Shown here: in pieces, positions 31,663 to 41,879 of the stretch
Layout of the letters: every line of letters begins with the position of its first letter
Position numbering within the stretch: the first letter of the stretch is position 1
Assembly (NCBI GenBank): GCA_041665025.1
Contig: JBAYJP010000001.1
Span: 16,207 to 80,206 of the forward strand
Length of the DNA: 64,000 bases
Origin: Candidatus Magasanikiibacteriota bacterium
GTDB lineage: Bacteria > Patescibacteriota > Patescibacteriia > Magasanikbacterales > UBA922
Direction of reading: 5' to 3'
Translations under genes and position numbers: made by a program
The notes under the pieces: model-generated
Told to the model about the DNA's origin: nothing
What the model saw: the letters and a program-made list of their open reading frames with translations, nothing else
Databases searched by the model: none

Positions 31663-31770
31663 TTATTTACGACGCAGGTGAACGAAATGGCAGCCCAAGC
31701 TGACATTTCCGAGCCGAGGAGTAACTACAGGATCAATACCTCGTGAGCTTGCTCCGAGGATCCTTTATTG
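31663..31770 (-). repeat. Dispersed ~110-bp MITE-like repeat, copy 1
   Basis: Near-identical in inverted orientation to 39312-39438; begins at the CAATAA containing the ABC ATPase stop codon. Confidence 0.85.
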
Positions 31771-32469
31771 ATTCGGGTTTGAATTTTTCGTTTTAGTGTC
31801 ACTTAAAATTCTTCCGTCTTTAATTTCAATCACTCGATTTGCGTAAGCTGCTACATTTTTATCGTGGGTAATAAGGATAATGGTGTGTCCATGTTCTCTA
31901 TTTAAATTCTGGAATGTATGCAAGACTACCTCCCCTGTTTTTGAGTCTAAATTTCCTGTAGGTTCATCTGCCAAAATAATATCTGGATTATTTACCAATG
32001 CTCGCGCGATAGCAACGCGTTGCATCTGTCCACCAGAAAGTTCATTTGAAAGATGTTTCCATCTATCTTCATCTAATCCTACAGCACGCAGAGCCACTTC
32101 AGCTTTTTCCTTTCTTTTTGACCTTTCAAGTGTTGTATCATATATGAACGGAAGTGAGACATTGCGCATCACTGTGGAACGTGCAAGTAAATTAAATGAT
32201 TGAAAAACAAATCCAATTTTTTGCGAACGAATATGAGCTACGTCGTCATCAGCAAGAGAAAAAACATCTTGCCCATCCAAAAAAAAATTTCCATCAGTAG
32301 GTCTGTCAAGCGCACCTAAGATATTCATGAGTGTTGATTTTCCAGAACCTGAAGGACCAATGATTGCGACAAATTCGCCTTTTTCAATAGAAAAACTCAC
32401 ATCACTCAGTACGGTAAGATAGTCTTCTCCTATTTTGTAGGTCTTTGTGAGATGTTTGCACTGAATCAT
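31765..32469 (-). CDS. ABC transporter ATP-binding subunit (LolD/MacB type)
   Basis: GPSGSGKST, LSGGQMQRVAIARA and DEPTGNLD motifs. Confidence 0.95.
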   Translation of the reverse strand: MIQCKHLTKTYKIGEDYLTVLSDVSFSIEKGEFVAIIGPSGSGKSTLMNILGALDRPTDGNFFLDGQDVFSLADDDVAHIRSQKIGFVFQSFNLLARSTVMRNVSLPFIYDTTLERSKRKEKAEVALRAVGLDEDRWKHLSNELSGGQMQRVAIARALVNNPDIILADEPTGNLDSKTGEVVLHTFQNLNREHGHTIILITHDKNVAAYANRVIEIKDGRILSDTKTKNSNPNQ

Positions 32470-32470
32470 A

Positions 32471-34363
32471 TTATAGAATACCACCTGGGCCACCTACTGG
32501 AAAATTTCCGTTTCCTCCTTGGCGTGATGGATTATTTTGCTGTGTAGAATTTGTTGTGTTGGTACTATTGACACGCACTGTTTGAGTAATGATAGTCTCG
32601 CCTTCAGACAAACCCTGTATAATTTCTGTCATGGTATCGTTGGTTAAACCAGTGGTAACATATTTTTTTTCTATCTTTCCATTATTTTGTTCTTCGACAT
32701 AATTTCCTTGGACGTCAGATTTAATTGCAGAACTTTCAACCATAAGTATATCATTTTTGCTATTGGTTATAATTTCCGCGCTTACACTCATATTTGGCTT
32801 TATGCGCTCGTCTTGTACATCAAAAGCTATTTTCACTGTATAACTCACAACGCCCTGACTTACAGTGCCTAAGTTATCAATTTCAACTACTTTTCCGGTT
32901 ATTTCCAAATCTTCAACAGCATCAAATGTAAGATTTACTTTTTGTTCTAACTTAACTTTTGCAATATCTACCTCGTTAAGTGTTATTTCTGCAATTTTTT
33001 GAGAAGTAATAATAGACGCTATAGTAGAGCCAGAACTAATACTATCTCCACGACTTATCGGTACGTCCACAATAACTCCTTCAAATGGCGCTTTTACATA
33101 ATGATTTGATAAACTCTGTTGTGCAGACCACAAATCATTTCTACGCTGTTCAACGGTGAGTTTTTGGTTTTGTATATCAAGTTCATCGTTGCCATCTTTC
33201 AAGTCATCATATTTAACTTCTAATTCTTTTATATTGCGCTCCGCCTGTACGATAGCAATAGGATTGTTAACTTCCATTTCTTTCAAACTTCTTTCCGCGT
33301 TGACAATACTTTCTTCACTATCTTCAACAGTCCGATCATTACTAAGTAAGCTCGATACATGTGAATTATTTTGAGACGTATATGAAGCCAATTCAGTTTC
33401 ATATTCTGATACCTTATCAAAAACTTCCAAATCTCGAGATTCTCGATATTCAGACCAAAAATCGACAACATTAGCCGTCTCTTTTACAGCATCTGCAACC
33501 TGTTTGCTTGTTTCGAGTGTGTCAACCAAAAGCTGCATAATAGTATCTTTATCTGAATATCTTGTGGTATTTTTGAAAGATACAACTACAGCATCATATG
33601 ATTTTTTTGCTATATTATACGCAACTTTCGCATCAGTGACATAATCACTCATTTTTTCCCGATTATCTGAGTCAGAATATAAAATTGAATTAACAAATGA
33701 ACCATCATTAAAGCCATACCCACCCAAGGTCGGTTCAGATTTAGATAAATCAGAACTCAATAATACACTATATATACCACCCATAATATCTGGCAAGTCT
33801 AAAAAAGTGCTTGCTACAGTATTGTAGGCATCTTCATATGATTTCTCTAATGTATCTTCTGCTTTTTGTTTTGTTTCCACGGTTTGTTCATATTCAGTTT
33901 CTTGACTAACCTTTAATTTAGTTAGATCCTCTTGGGCTTTGAGCAGAGAATTTTCAGCCGTAAGCAATGTTGCGTCAGACGCTGGGGACAATAATTCGTT
34001 CAATTGCAACTGTGCGAGATCCAAATTTATTTTTGCCTGATTTACACTTAACGCTGAATCTCGCGAATCTGTCTGGGCTAATACATCACCTTCTTTTACC
34101 GTTTGTCCGTTTTTAATATTGAGTGTAACAACATCGCCAGATGCTTCTGACTTTATGTCAACTTGACTAACTGGCGATACTTGCCCCGTACCGCTTATGG
34201 TCGTCGAGAGTAAACCGCGTTCAACAGTCCCCGTAACGTATGTTACTTGTTCTGTTTTGGAAAATATTTTTTGCCAACCCATGTAGCCCCCTACACCAAA
34301 TACCGCAAGTGCTATAATCACGCGCCATTTTTTATTTTTTATAAAATTAAGTATCTTATTCAT
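32471..34363 (-). CDS. MacA/HlyD-type membrane fusion (adaptor) protein with a long coiled coil
   Basis: N-terminal TM, split lipoyl motifs (SGDV...VKEGD and APFEGVI), IKPNMS. Confidence 0.85.
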   Translation of the reverse strand: MNKILNFIKNKKWRVIIALAVFGVGGYMGWQKIFSKTEQVTYVTGTVERGLLSTTISGTGQVSPVSQVDIKSEASGDVVTLNIKNGQTVKEGDVLAQTDSRDSALSVNQAKINLDLAQLQLNELLSPASDATLLTAENSLLKAQEDLTKLKVSQETEYEQTVETKQKAEDTLEKSYEDAYNTVASTFLDLPDIMGGIYSVLLSSDLSKSEPTLGGYGFNDGSFVNSILYSDSDNREKMSDYVTDAKVAYNIAKKSYDAVVVSFKNTTRYSDKDTIMQLLVDTLETSKQVADAVKETANVVDFWSEYRESRDLEVFDKVSEYETELASYTSQNNSHVSSLLSNDRTVEDSEESIVNAERSLKEMEVNNPIAIVQAERNIKELEVKYDDLKDGNDELDIQNQKLTVEQRRNDLWSAQQSLSNHYVKAPFEGVIVDVPISRGDSISSGSTIASIITSQKIAEITLNEVDIAKVKLEQKVNLTFDAVEDLEITGKVVEIDNLGTVSQGVVSYTVKIAFDVQDERIKPNMSVSAEIITNSKNDILMVESSAIKSDVQGNYVEEQNNGKIEKKYVTTGLTNDTMTEIIQGLSEGETIITQTVRVNSTNTTNSTQQNNPSRQGGNGNFPVGGPGGIL

Positions 34364-34426
34364 ATGCAAAAAAATTTAGAAACCCGCTCCATACGGAATG
34401 AAACGGGCCAACTAAATCTTTGTGTA

Positions 34427-34906
34427 TTAGTTGTTTTGTGTGTTTGTATTATTTGTATTTTGTTGCATCATCTTGCCCATGCCACGGCGTCCACCTTTCA
34501 TATTTTCTCCCATATTGCCTTTATGTTCAGACATATACGTCAGACGCTGATCTGCTTGAGCTTGAGTGATAATGCCTTGGCTTACAAGCGTGGAAAACCA
34601 TTGTTTCATTTCCTCTTGACGCAAAGCTTGCATTTTTGTCTTCAAATCTTCGTCACTTATTCCTTTTTCTTTGGCTAGGTCATGAATATTTTTTCCCTGT
34701 GCCCAAGCACCTTTCATCTCATCTGCAGTAATACCGAGTATTTGAGCTCCTTCATCCATTTTTGTTTGAAATTGCTCTGCTGCTTTTGCAGGATCTATTT
34801 TTGATATCATACCCATACCAAAACCTCCAAATGCCTTTGCCGTACCGCCGAGTGCCAAAAGAGCGATAGCTACTGCTGGCACAATAATTACATATTTATT
34901 TTTCAT
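34427..34906 (-). CDS. Secreted hypothetical protein
   Basis: Signal peptide (AKA cleavage); GIITQAQAD helical motif. Confidence 0.65.
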   Translation of the reverse strand: MKNKYVIIVPAVAIALLALGGTAKAFGGFGMGMISKIDPAKAAEQFQTKMDEGAQILGITADEMKGAWAQGKNIHDLAKEKGISDEDLKTKMQALRQEEMKQWFSTLVSQGIITQAQADQRLTYMSEHKGNMGENMKGGRRGMGKMMQQNTNNTNTQNN

Positions 34907-35035
34907 AGATTGTAGAAGTTAAAAGTTAGTTTGTTGGCTAGCCATTTCTATATAGTATTACAATATACAAGACTATATTATTTCAAACCAAAAAGCGCGT
35001 ATAGAAGCGCTTTCTTTCTTAAAATGACCACCTAC

Positions 35036-35902
35036 TTACTCTATAGGCAGATATTTTTCTAAACACTCCCCAAAGCAGATCTCGGGAGTATTGTGATTTT
35101 GAGCACAGCCCTTAACGCACACGCGCGCTTCTGAATTCATCAACATTTTGATGCGCGGTGGACCAAAACGACGTTCAATGCCTCTATCAATCATAGGCAT
35201 TTTTCCTTCAGGGATAACTTTAATCTCAAATGCCTTAAATACATCCTTCGTCCTTTCTCCTACAGCCGCGACAAATAGTCCTTGTTCAAGTTGAGGGATA
35301 TTTTTTTTATTCAAATTTTCTATATCTATGACTATAATTTCTTGGGGGGTTTGGATGGTTGCAGAATTTTTATCGAGAGCAATGACACGTCCTGCAATAC
35401 CCCACATACGTTTACCCATTCCTTGTCCAAAAAAAGGACGAAGTATCATGCCATGAGGTTTTCCACCAAATGCCTGGCGTTCAATAATTTCGGCAACATG
35501 TACAAATGTAAACACCGTACCGAGAGCCATAATGCTTAGAACTAACACAAGGGATACATAACTAAATGGCTTAGCGTACAATGCACCTGTCTTTTTCAAA
35601 ATAAATCCTGCGATAAAAATAAGGGCAATAAAAACTACAACAAGCGTATATGGAAATGACTCAAGAAATGCAAACACTCCTCTACTTCCAAAGCTTAAAT
35701 ACCACAAATTATCTGTTTCACGTAGATAAAATAATAACAAACAAAAGAGAAGAACGGCACCGAGGATGGTAAGGGCTAATGCACTCCCCATACCCCATTT
35801 TTCGACCCAAAAAATATACTTAGACCGGAGCTTCACGTTGCCGCTCTTGATCTCAGACATTATTTTGTCTTCTATATTTTGTGTACTATGTTTGTCTTCC
35901 AT
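35036..35902 (-). CDS. Membrane protein, putative anti-sigma factor
   Basis: Overlaps the end of the ECF sigma gene; three TM segments and a C-terminal extracytoplasmic domain. Confidence 0.55.
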   Translation of the reverse strand: MEDKHSTQNIEDKIMSEIKSGNVKLRSKYIFWVEKWGMGSALALTILGAVLLFCLLLFYLRETDNLWYLSFGSRGVFAFLESFPYTLVVVFIALIFIAGFILKKTGALYAKPFSYVSLVLVLSIMALGTVFTFVHVAEIIERQAFGGKPHGMILRPFFGQGMGKRMWGIAGRVIALDKNSATIQTPQEIIVIDIENLNKKNIPQLEQGLFVAAVGERTKDVFKAFEIKVIPEGKMPMIDRGIERRFGPPRIKMLMNSEARVCVKGCAQNHNTPEICFGECLEKYLPIE

Positions 35903-36455
35903 ATAATGTTTTACCCAAAGATTCTTTGATAATTTTTTTTCCACGCATAATCAGGGTACCTACCGTATTGCGCGGAATACGCAGGATATCACTTATTTCT
36001 TCGTAGCTCTTTTGTTCAAAAAAGTACAAGATAATTGGCTCACGATATTTATCTTTCATAGCAGTCAACGCCTGTTCGACAACTGTCTTAGTAAGCGATG
36101 CATCGACTGATTTGCCCAAATCAATATTTTGATCAATAATTTCCCATTCACTTTCATCGATAGAAACTACTTCTTTGCGATATTTTTTTATCATGTTCAA
36201 AGCTTCGTTGTGTGCAATGCGGTATATCCACGGAGAAAATCTTTTATGAACATTAAAATCATTGAGATTCCTATATGCTTTAATAAAAACATCTTGAAGT
36301 ACATCTTCAAGTTCATCGTCCCTACGAATAAATTTTCTCAAATAATGGGAGAGTTTTGTCTGATAGCGCCTGATAATCTCGCTGTATAATTCTTTATCGT
36401 TTTGTCGAATTATGGCTATCAGCTCTTCGTCGGTCAAATTTTCTTGAGACGGCAT
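35886..36455 (-). CDS. ECF RNA polymerase sigma factor
   Basis: EDVLQDVFIKAY, FSPWIYRIAHN and SYEEISDILRIPRNTVGT motifs. Confidence 0.92.
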   Translation of the reverse strand: MPSQENLTDEELIAIIRQNDKELYSEIIRRYQTKLSHYLRKFIRRDDELEDVLQDVFIKAYRNLNDFNVHKRFSPWIYRIAHNEALNMIKKYRKEVVSIDESEWEIIDQNIDLGKSVDASLTKTVVEQALTAMKDKYREPIILYFFEQKSYEEISDILRIPRNTVGTLIMRGKKIIKESLGKTLYGRQT

Positions 36456-36536
36456 ATATACAGTATACAACTGCGACCTTAAAAATATTTCAAACTACCT
36501 CTTAGTTTAGACTAAAATACAAAAATAATAAAGGAT

Positions 36537-36785
36537 CTATTCCAAATCTTCTCCTATATCTCTTTTTTCTTGATAGTACCTATATACTCCTATAAGAAGT
36601 ATCACTATACCTCCAACAAGGACAAACCATCCTATATATATTATGAGCCTTGTTTCAAAGAATTTAAAAAGAGCTACGGCTAAGACAAGAACAGACATAC
36701 TGGTCCGTACATAGGATAAAAACGTCCTTTCATTTGAATGAAGTGAGCGCTTTTTTTCCAATTTTAAACTTGGTTGTTTGTCCAT
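36537..36785 (-). CDS. DUF202 (YidH-like) membrane protein
   Basis: NERTFLSYVRTS motif followed by two TM segments. Confidence 0.8.
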   Translation of the reverse strand: MDKQPSLKLEKKRSLHSNERTFLSYVRTSMSVLVLAVALFKFFETRLIIYIGWFVLVGGIVILLIGVYRYYQEKRDIGEDLE

Positions 36786-36795
36786 AATTTTAATT

Positions 36796-38010
36796 TTATT
36801 GAATAAGTTTATTTCTTTTTATCATCTTCACTAGCGCAATATATATAATAAAAATCATGAGAACAGCAAACATATAGGCCTGGTAGGCATATCGGGTAAT
36901 TCCTTCTTCTATCGTGGGGTCAAAAAAAACAAAAGAAATATATCCAGCTATAATAAACAATAGTACCACGACTGCAGCCATTTTATACGATAAAAGGTTT
37001 ATTATTTTGGCTTTTAATTCCACAAAAAAACTATGTATGATGTAACCGAGTATTGGCCATACAAATATCAGAGGCAAAGCAAAAATTCGTGCTTCCTGCG
37101 AACGCGCGGTATATAGGGTAAGAGGTGTATTAATACCTACCGTCAGGATGGAAGCCCAGAGAAAAAATTTTATATGTACATCACGTTTTGATTTTAATCG
37201 AACGTACTCAAAAAGAATAATTATCCAAGGAAACAACACAAGGAAAGGCATAATAATACTTTCTTTTGTGTATTGTATGCTTTGGAAATTGTAATGCCAC
37301 TCAAAAAAACGTTCTTCTTGTAAATAGTCCACGCTACCACCAATACCATTAATTAAACTGCCATAGCCTATATAATATGCACCATACAGCATACTAGCTA
37401 TGGTTATACTGACAAGTACGGGACGAAGCGCAAGGTCGCGAGAAGTATACGCTAAAAAACATAAACCAGGTATGAGAATCAGACTCGTTTCTCGCGCAAC
37501 TGCGGATAAAAATAAACTAAGAGAAAACAACCTATATCTTTTTTGAAATAAAAAAATAAGAGTGGTAAACAAAAGTGCATATTGTACTGGTTCATCGTAG
37601 GTATGCATGTTGGTTGCAAATGCAAACACGATACTAAACGTAAGATAAAATAACAACAAACTCCATATACCAGCACCATGCGAAAAACGAAGTACACGAA
37701 CTAATATATATAATAGAAGGCCATCTGCCATTAAAAAAAATGCGTGAACAATAATGATCGCGCTTCCTATAGGAATGTCAAATAAGACGTGAAAACCGTA
37801 GACAAAATTGTTTGTCAAAGGTCTCATGGCAAACACAGGGTGGGTGGTGTGCAGGGTGTACCCACTTTCTATATGTTCCCAGTTTATTTTTTTATTCTCA
37901 ACAGCATAGCCATTATAGGTACTTTCAATTAACCATATGTGCATACATACCATACATAGTGTGGAACATACCGCTACCACCGTGGCAAAAAACAAATTTT
38001 TCCTTTCCAT
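36796..38010 (-). CDS. Multi-pass membrane protein (possible GT-C glycosyltransferase)
   Basis: About 11 TM segments; RPL, YD and ARET motifs. Confidence 0.55.
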   Translation of the reverse strand: MERKNLFFATVVAVCSTLCMVCMHIWLIESTYNGYAVENKKINWEHIESGYTLHTTHPVFAMRPLTNNFVYGFHVLFDIPIGSAIIIVHAFFLMADGLLLYILVRVLRFSHGAGIWSLLLFYLTFSIVFAFATNMHTYDEPVQYALLFTTLIFLFQKRYRLFSLSLFLSAVARETSLILIPGLCFLAYTSRDLALRPVLVSITIASMLYGAYYIGYGSLINGIGGSVDYLQEERFFEWHYNFQSIQYTKESIIMPFLVLFPWIIILFEYVRLKSKRDVHIKFFLWASILTVGINTPLTLYTARSQEARIFALPLIFVWPILGYIIHSFFVELKAKIINLLSYKMAAVVVLLFIIAGYISFVFFDPTIEEGITRYAYQAYMFAVLMIFIIYIALVKMIKRNKLIQ

Positions 38011-38333
38011 ACAGAAATATATAAAAACTCCCTTTTGGGAGTTTAAAATGATTTTTTGTCGGATCAACAAAATCAGCACAATTAAACACAAATATCCTCC
38101 CGCGTATGCTTACGCTATGAGCGTGCAAACAAACGTTGTGTGCATATAGTTTTATCGTATAACGCGACACCTTTTGCCGTCAACCCCTGTGGACAGATTA
38201 CATGTGCCAAATATCCTTGACAAAAATGTACGAATGAATCAAAAACTATATATACGACACAAATTAAAATTGACGTGGGGGTATATGCTCACCGTATATA
38301 AAAAAGTAACTTCACTCAGTGAAGTTACTTTTT

Positions 38334-38750
38334 CTATTCATCAAAATTTTTTTTACGGTATTTTTTGACATCTGAACGTATTTTTTTAGTCGTAAGTCTT
38401 TTTAATTTAGAAGCATAGGTAGGCCGTGTTGGCTTGCGCTTTTTTGGTATATACAGCGCTTCATTCACCAACTTTTGCAAACGCACGGTAGCTATTTCCC
38501 GATTTTGAATCTGGGATCGTTCTTCTTCTGACATGACCACAATCTCATCTTCACTGTTCAATCTATTACGCAATACAACTCGTATACGTTGTCTTTGTTC
38601 ATCAAGCAACACGGCAGACGCGCCCACATTCCAATGAATAATAACTTTCGTGGAAGTCTTATTTACATTCTGTCCTCCAGCGCCAGAAGATCGCGCAAAC
38701 GTGATGCGCAGTTCTGATTCGGGGATATATAACCTTTTTTTTCTATCCAT
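38334..38750 (-). CDS. arfB: Alternative ribosome rescue factor ArfB
   Basis: RSSGAGGQNVNK, RSQIQNR and a basic RKPTRP tail. Confidence 0.93.
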   Translation of the reverse strand: MDRKKRLYIPESELRITFARSSGAGGQNVNKTSTKVIIHWNVGASAVLLDEQRQRIRVVLRNRLNSEDEIVVMSEEERSQIQNREIATVRLQKLVNEALYIPKKRKPTRPTYASKLKRLTTKKIRSDVKKYRKKNFDE

Positions 38751-38813
38751 ATGGCCATAAGTGTAACATTGCGGGCCTTTTTTTTCAATAAAAAACATGC
38801 TACTATAATGCAT

Positions 38814-39317
38814 ATGCAATTACCCTACAGAAAACCAGGAAAATTTAGCCAGATGAAGCAAGACAACCTCATGACACAAAAAAAATTTGATGAAATTGAA
38901 AAAAAACTTGCTCATTTGAAAAAAATACTTCGGCCACAAGCAGCAGAAGAGGTTGCCCGTTTGGCTGAAACAGGAGATTTCTCAGAAAATGCAGGGTATC
39001 AAAATGCCAAAGCTCGACTGAGAACTATTAACCACACGATTCTTTTTCTGGAAAACAAGACGACTAACGCAAGCATCATTCCTGCACACAAAAGTACCAC
39101 TACCGTCGAAATAGGGACAGAAGTAACGGTACTTTGTGATGATAACAAAACAAAAAAATTCCTTATACTCGGATCTTCTGAGACAAATCCAGGCAAGGGC
39201 GTTATTTCTCACAATTCACCCATGGGTTCCTCACTGATAGGACATCGTGTGGGTGATGTGGTATCAGTAAAATTAAAAACTTCTACAATAGACTACAAAA
39301 TTTTACAAATCCAATAA
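38814..39317 (+). CDS. Second GreA/GreB-family elongation factor
   Basis: GDFSENAGYQ and ISHNSPMG motifs. Confidence 0.88.
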   Translation: MQLPYRKPGKFSQMKQDNLMTQKKFDEIEKKLAHLKKILRPQAAEEVARLAETGDFSENAGYQNAKARLRTINHTILFLENKTTNASIIPAHKSTTTVEIGTEVTVLCDDNKTKKFLILGSSETNPGKGVISHNSPMGSSLIGHRVGDVVSVKLKTSTIDYKILQIQ

Positions 39318-39438
39318 AGGATCCTCGAATCAACCTGCCTGCCGGCAGGCAGGGCTATGAGGTATTGATCCTGTAGTTACTCCTCGGCTCGGAAATGTCA
39401 GCTTGGGCTGCCATTTCGCTCACCTGCGTCGTAAATAA
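39312..39438 (+). repeat. Dispersed MITE-like repeat, copy 2, carrying an extra 20-bp palindrome
   Basis: Matches 31663-31770; CCTGCCTGCCGGCAGGCAGG at 39334-39353 is absent from copy 1. Confidence 0.85.
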
Positions 39439-39488
39439 AACTCCGATATTAAAAAAATAGGCATGCTGCCTATTTTTTGAATATAAAA

Positions 39489-40250
39489 TTAATGGGTATC
39501 TCCTATTTTTAGAACAAACATAAGAGCCACTCCTACAAAAAAACAGATAAACGCAATGAGTGACTTGCCAAATTTGGATTCTTTGTGGAGTTCAGGGATG
39601 AGATCAGACGCCGATACGTAGATAAATCCTCCAGCAGTCAATGCAACCAAAAATGGCATAAATCCATGAGTCATCTGGCCAAGTGCCACGCCAGCTAACG
39701 CCCCCAAAATTGCAAGCGTTGCTGAGAAAAAATTATAAACCAGCGCCTTTAATTTGCTAAATCCACCATAAATAAGAACGCCGAAATCAGATATTTCTTG
39801 TGGAATCTCATGAATGATGACGCCGATAGTGGTGGCTATGCCAAGCGTGGTACTAAGTGAAAAAGCGGCTGCGATGACCATGCCATCTATAAAGTTATGA
39901 AAACCATCACCAATGATATTGAGATACGTAAATGGGTGTACACTACATTCCCCACCATGTTTGTGACAATGATGCCAGTGCAATACACGCTCCAAAATAA
40001 AAAATAATGCAAACCCAAAGAGTACTGCAACAAATATTACGTCACTGTTGGCTCCTCCTTCAACACTTTCAACTGCTTCGGGAATGAGATGCAAAAATGC
40101 ACTGCCCATAAGAGAACCGGCCGAAATCGCCACAAGATAAAAAACAATTTTGTGCAGTATCTCATGTTTTATGGCTAGTGTAATAACACCAATAAATGAA
40201 ATTGCGCTGACGGCAAGTGTGGCAATGATAGAATTAATTAGAATATCCAT
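39489..40250 (-). CDS. ZIP-family zinc/metal transporter
   Basis: HWHHCH, GDGFHNFIDG, HEIPQE and DLIPELH motifs. Confidence 0.92.
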   Translation of the reverse strand: MDILINSIIATLAVSAISFIGVITLAIKHEILHKIVFYLVAISAGSLMGSAFLHLIPEAVESVEGGANSDVIFVAVLFGFALFFILERVLHWHHCHKHGGECSVHPFTYLNIIGDGFHNFIDGMVIAAAFSLSTTLGIATTIGVIIHEIPQEISDFGVLIYGGFSKLKALVYNFFSATLAILGALAGVALGQMTHGFMPFLVALTAGGFIYVSASDLIPELHKESKFGKSLIAFICFFVGVALMFVLKIGDTH

Positions 40251-40264
40251 ATATGTAATAATAA

Positions 40265-40642
40265 TTATGAGTTGCACTGATTACAAACTCCGGTTAATGT
40301 TAGTTGATGATACACATGTTTAAAATGTTTAACATTTTTAAATGAATGAGTACATTTAATTTTTTCCATATATCCACATTTTTTGCATATAATATGATGG
40401 TGAGGTTCATCTGCGAGACAATATTTTTTTTCTTTTCCAAACAACTCTACATGTACCATATGTAATTCTTCAAATACATTGAGTGTTCGATACACAGACG
40501 CCTGATCAACTCCTTTTATATTCTTGTGCATGTCCTGCGCTGACAACGATGTATGGTGGTTGGATAAAAACTGAAGTATAGCACTGCGTGGCTTCGTCAT
40601 TTTGTATCCTGCGTGTTCTAATATATTTGCAAAATCTTTCAT
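40265..40642 (-). CDS. Fur-family regulator (probably Zur)
   Basis: ASVYRTL, HHHIICKKCG and C-terminal CNQC; adjacent to a ZIP gene. Confidence 0.88.
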   Translation of the reverse strand: MKDFANILEHAGYKMTKPRSAILQFLSNHHTSLSAQDMHKNIKGVDQASVYRTLNVFEELHMVHVELFGKEKKYCLADEPHHHIICKKCGYMEKIKCTHSFKNVKHFKHVYHQLTLTGVCNQCNS

Positions 40643-40660
40643 ATATGTACACCTTAACAC

Positions 40661-40681
40661 AATTGCGAATCATTTGCAATT
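40661..40681. promoter_or_regulatory. Fur/Zur-like operator
   Basis: AATTGCGAATCATTTGCAATT near-palindrome just upstream of the Fur-family gene. Confidence 0.6.
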
Positions 40682-40756
40682 ATAGATGTGGATAAAAAAA
40701 CTACCCTATACGGCAGTTTTTTCTTTGGAATACACATTTTTGTTGGCCCTACCTAC

Positions 40757-41797
40757 CTACTCATTACTGTGCTTAAATTCCCCAACAATTTCTTCTAAAA
40801 TATCATGAAAACTAATAATACCTACCACGTTAGCTGTTGTTTTATCAGTAATGAGCACGATACTGATTGACGACCTTTTGAGACGTTCTATAGCTACAAG
40901 TGATGGCACATCTGCATGAATACGCATAACTGGCTGTATCAGGGATTTTAAATCCATATGTTCCAAACCCTTGTCAAACAAGTGACTTAGAACATCCTTC
41001 GCTTCAATCGCCCCAATATTGTTGTCTATATCTCCATCACAAACAGGAAAAACAGACCGATCACTGCCAATAATTTTTTTTCTCACGACGTCAATTGGAT
41101 CGTGTATATCCAGCCACACGACCTCTTTGCTTGGTGTCATAAAATCCTTTATGGGCCGATTTCCTAAATGGAATATGCTCTCCACCATTTTTTGTTCCGA
41201 TCGTTCAAATATACCACTCTCCGCGCCTTCCGCTATGAGCAGTTTTATTTCCTCTTCAGTAACCATTTGTTCAGAAGTAGGAGTGATGCGAAATACTTTA
41301 AGTAATCCATTCGTTGATACGCTAAGCAATTTTACTAGAGGAGTAAAAATGTTCATTACTATTTTTATGGTGCCAGCAACTTTTAAAGACCTTTTTTCTG
41401 GATTTGATAACGCCATTTGTTTTGGTACCAGTTCACCAATTACTAATGACAAGTAGGTAATTATAATGACCACGATAGTTACGCTGATTGCGCCGCTATA
41501 TGGAGAAACAAAGGGAAATCGCATTAAGTATGTCTCTACATGCTCGGCAACAGTTGCCCCGCCAAATGCACCTGCCAAAATACCGATCGTGGTAATACCA
41601 ATTTGTATTGCTGAAAGCATTTCCGAAGATTTCCGGGTTAAAAAAAGAGCATTTTGCGCCTTTTTGTTTCCTTGTTTTGAGAGAAGTTTAAGTCTACTTT
41701 TTTTGACACTAAGCAATGCTATTTCGGACATAGAAAAATAGCCATTCAAGATAATGAGAGCAATTATAAGAAAGATTTCGATACTAATATTAGACAT
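40757..41797 (-). CDS. CNNM/HlyC-CorC family protein (DUF21 plus CBS pair)
   Basis: FSMSEIA, QIGIT, GELVPK and DILEEIVGE motifs. Confidence 0.9.
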   Translation of the reverse strand: MSNISIEIFLIIALIILNGYFSMSEIALLSVKKSRLKLLSKQGNKKAQNALFLTRKSSEMLSAIQIGITTIGILAGAFGGATVAEHVETYLMRFPFVSPYSGAISVTIVVIIITYLSLVIGELVPKQMALSNPEKRSLKVAGTIKIVMNIFTPLVKLLSVSTNGLLKVFRITPTSEQMVTEEEIKLLIAEGAESGIFERSEQKMVESIFHLGNRPIKDFMTPSKEVVWLDIHDPIDVVRKKIIGSDRSVFPVCDGDIDNNIGAIEAKDVLSHLFDKGLEHMDLKSLIQPVMRIHADVPSLVAIERLKRSSISIVLITDKTTANVVGIISFHDILEEIVGEFKHSNE

Positions 41798-41879
41798 ACT
41801 GACTTTATAATTTTATTTTACCACATATTGAGCCTCTTTTATACACCATTTATGTAAAAAATCGTCTATTCGACGATTT

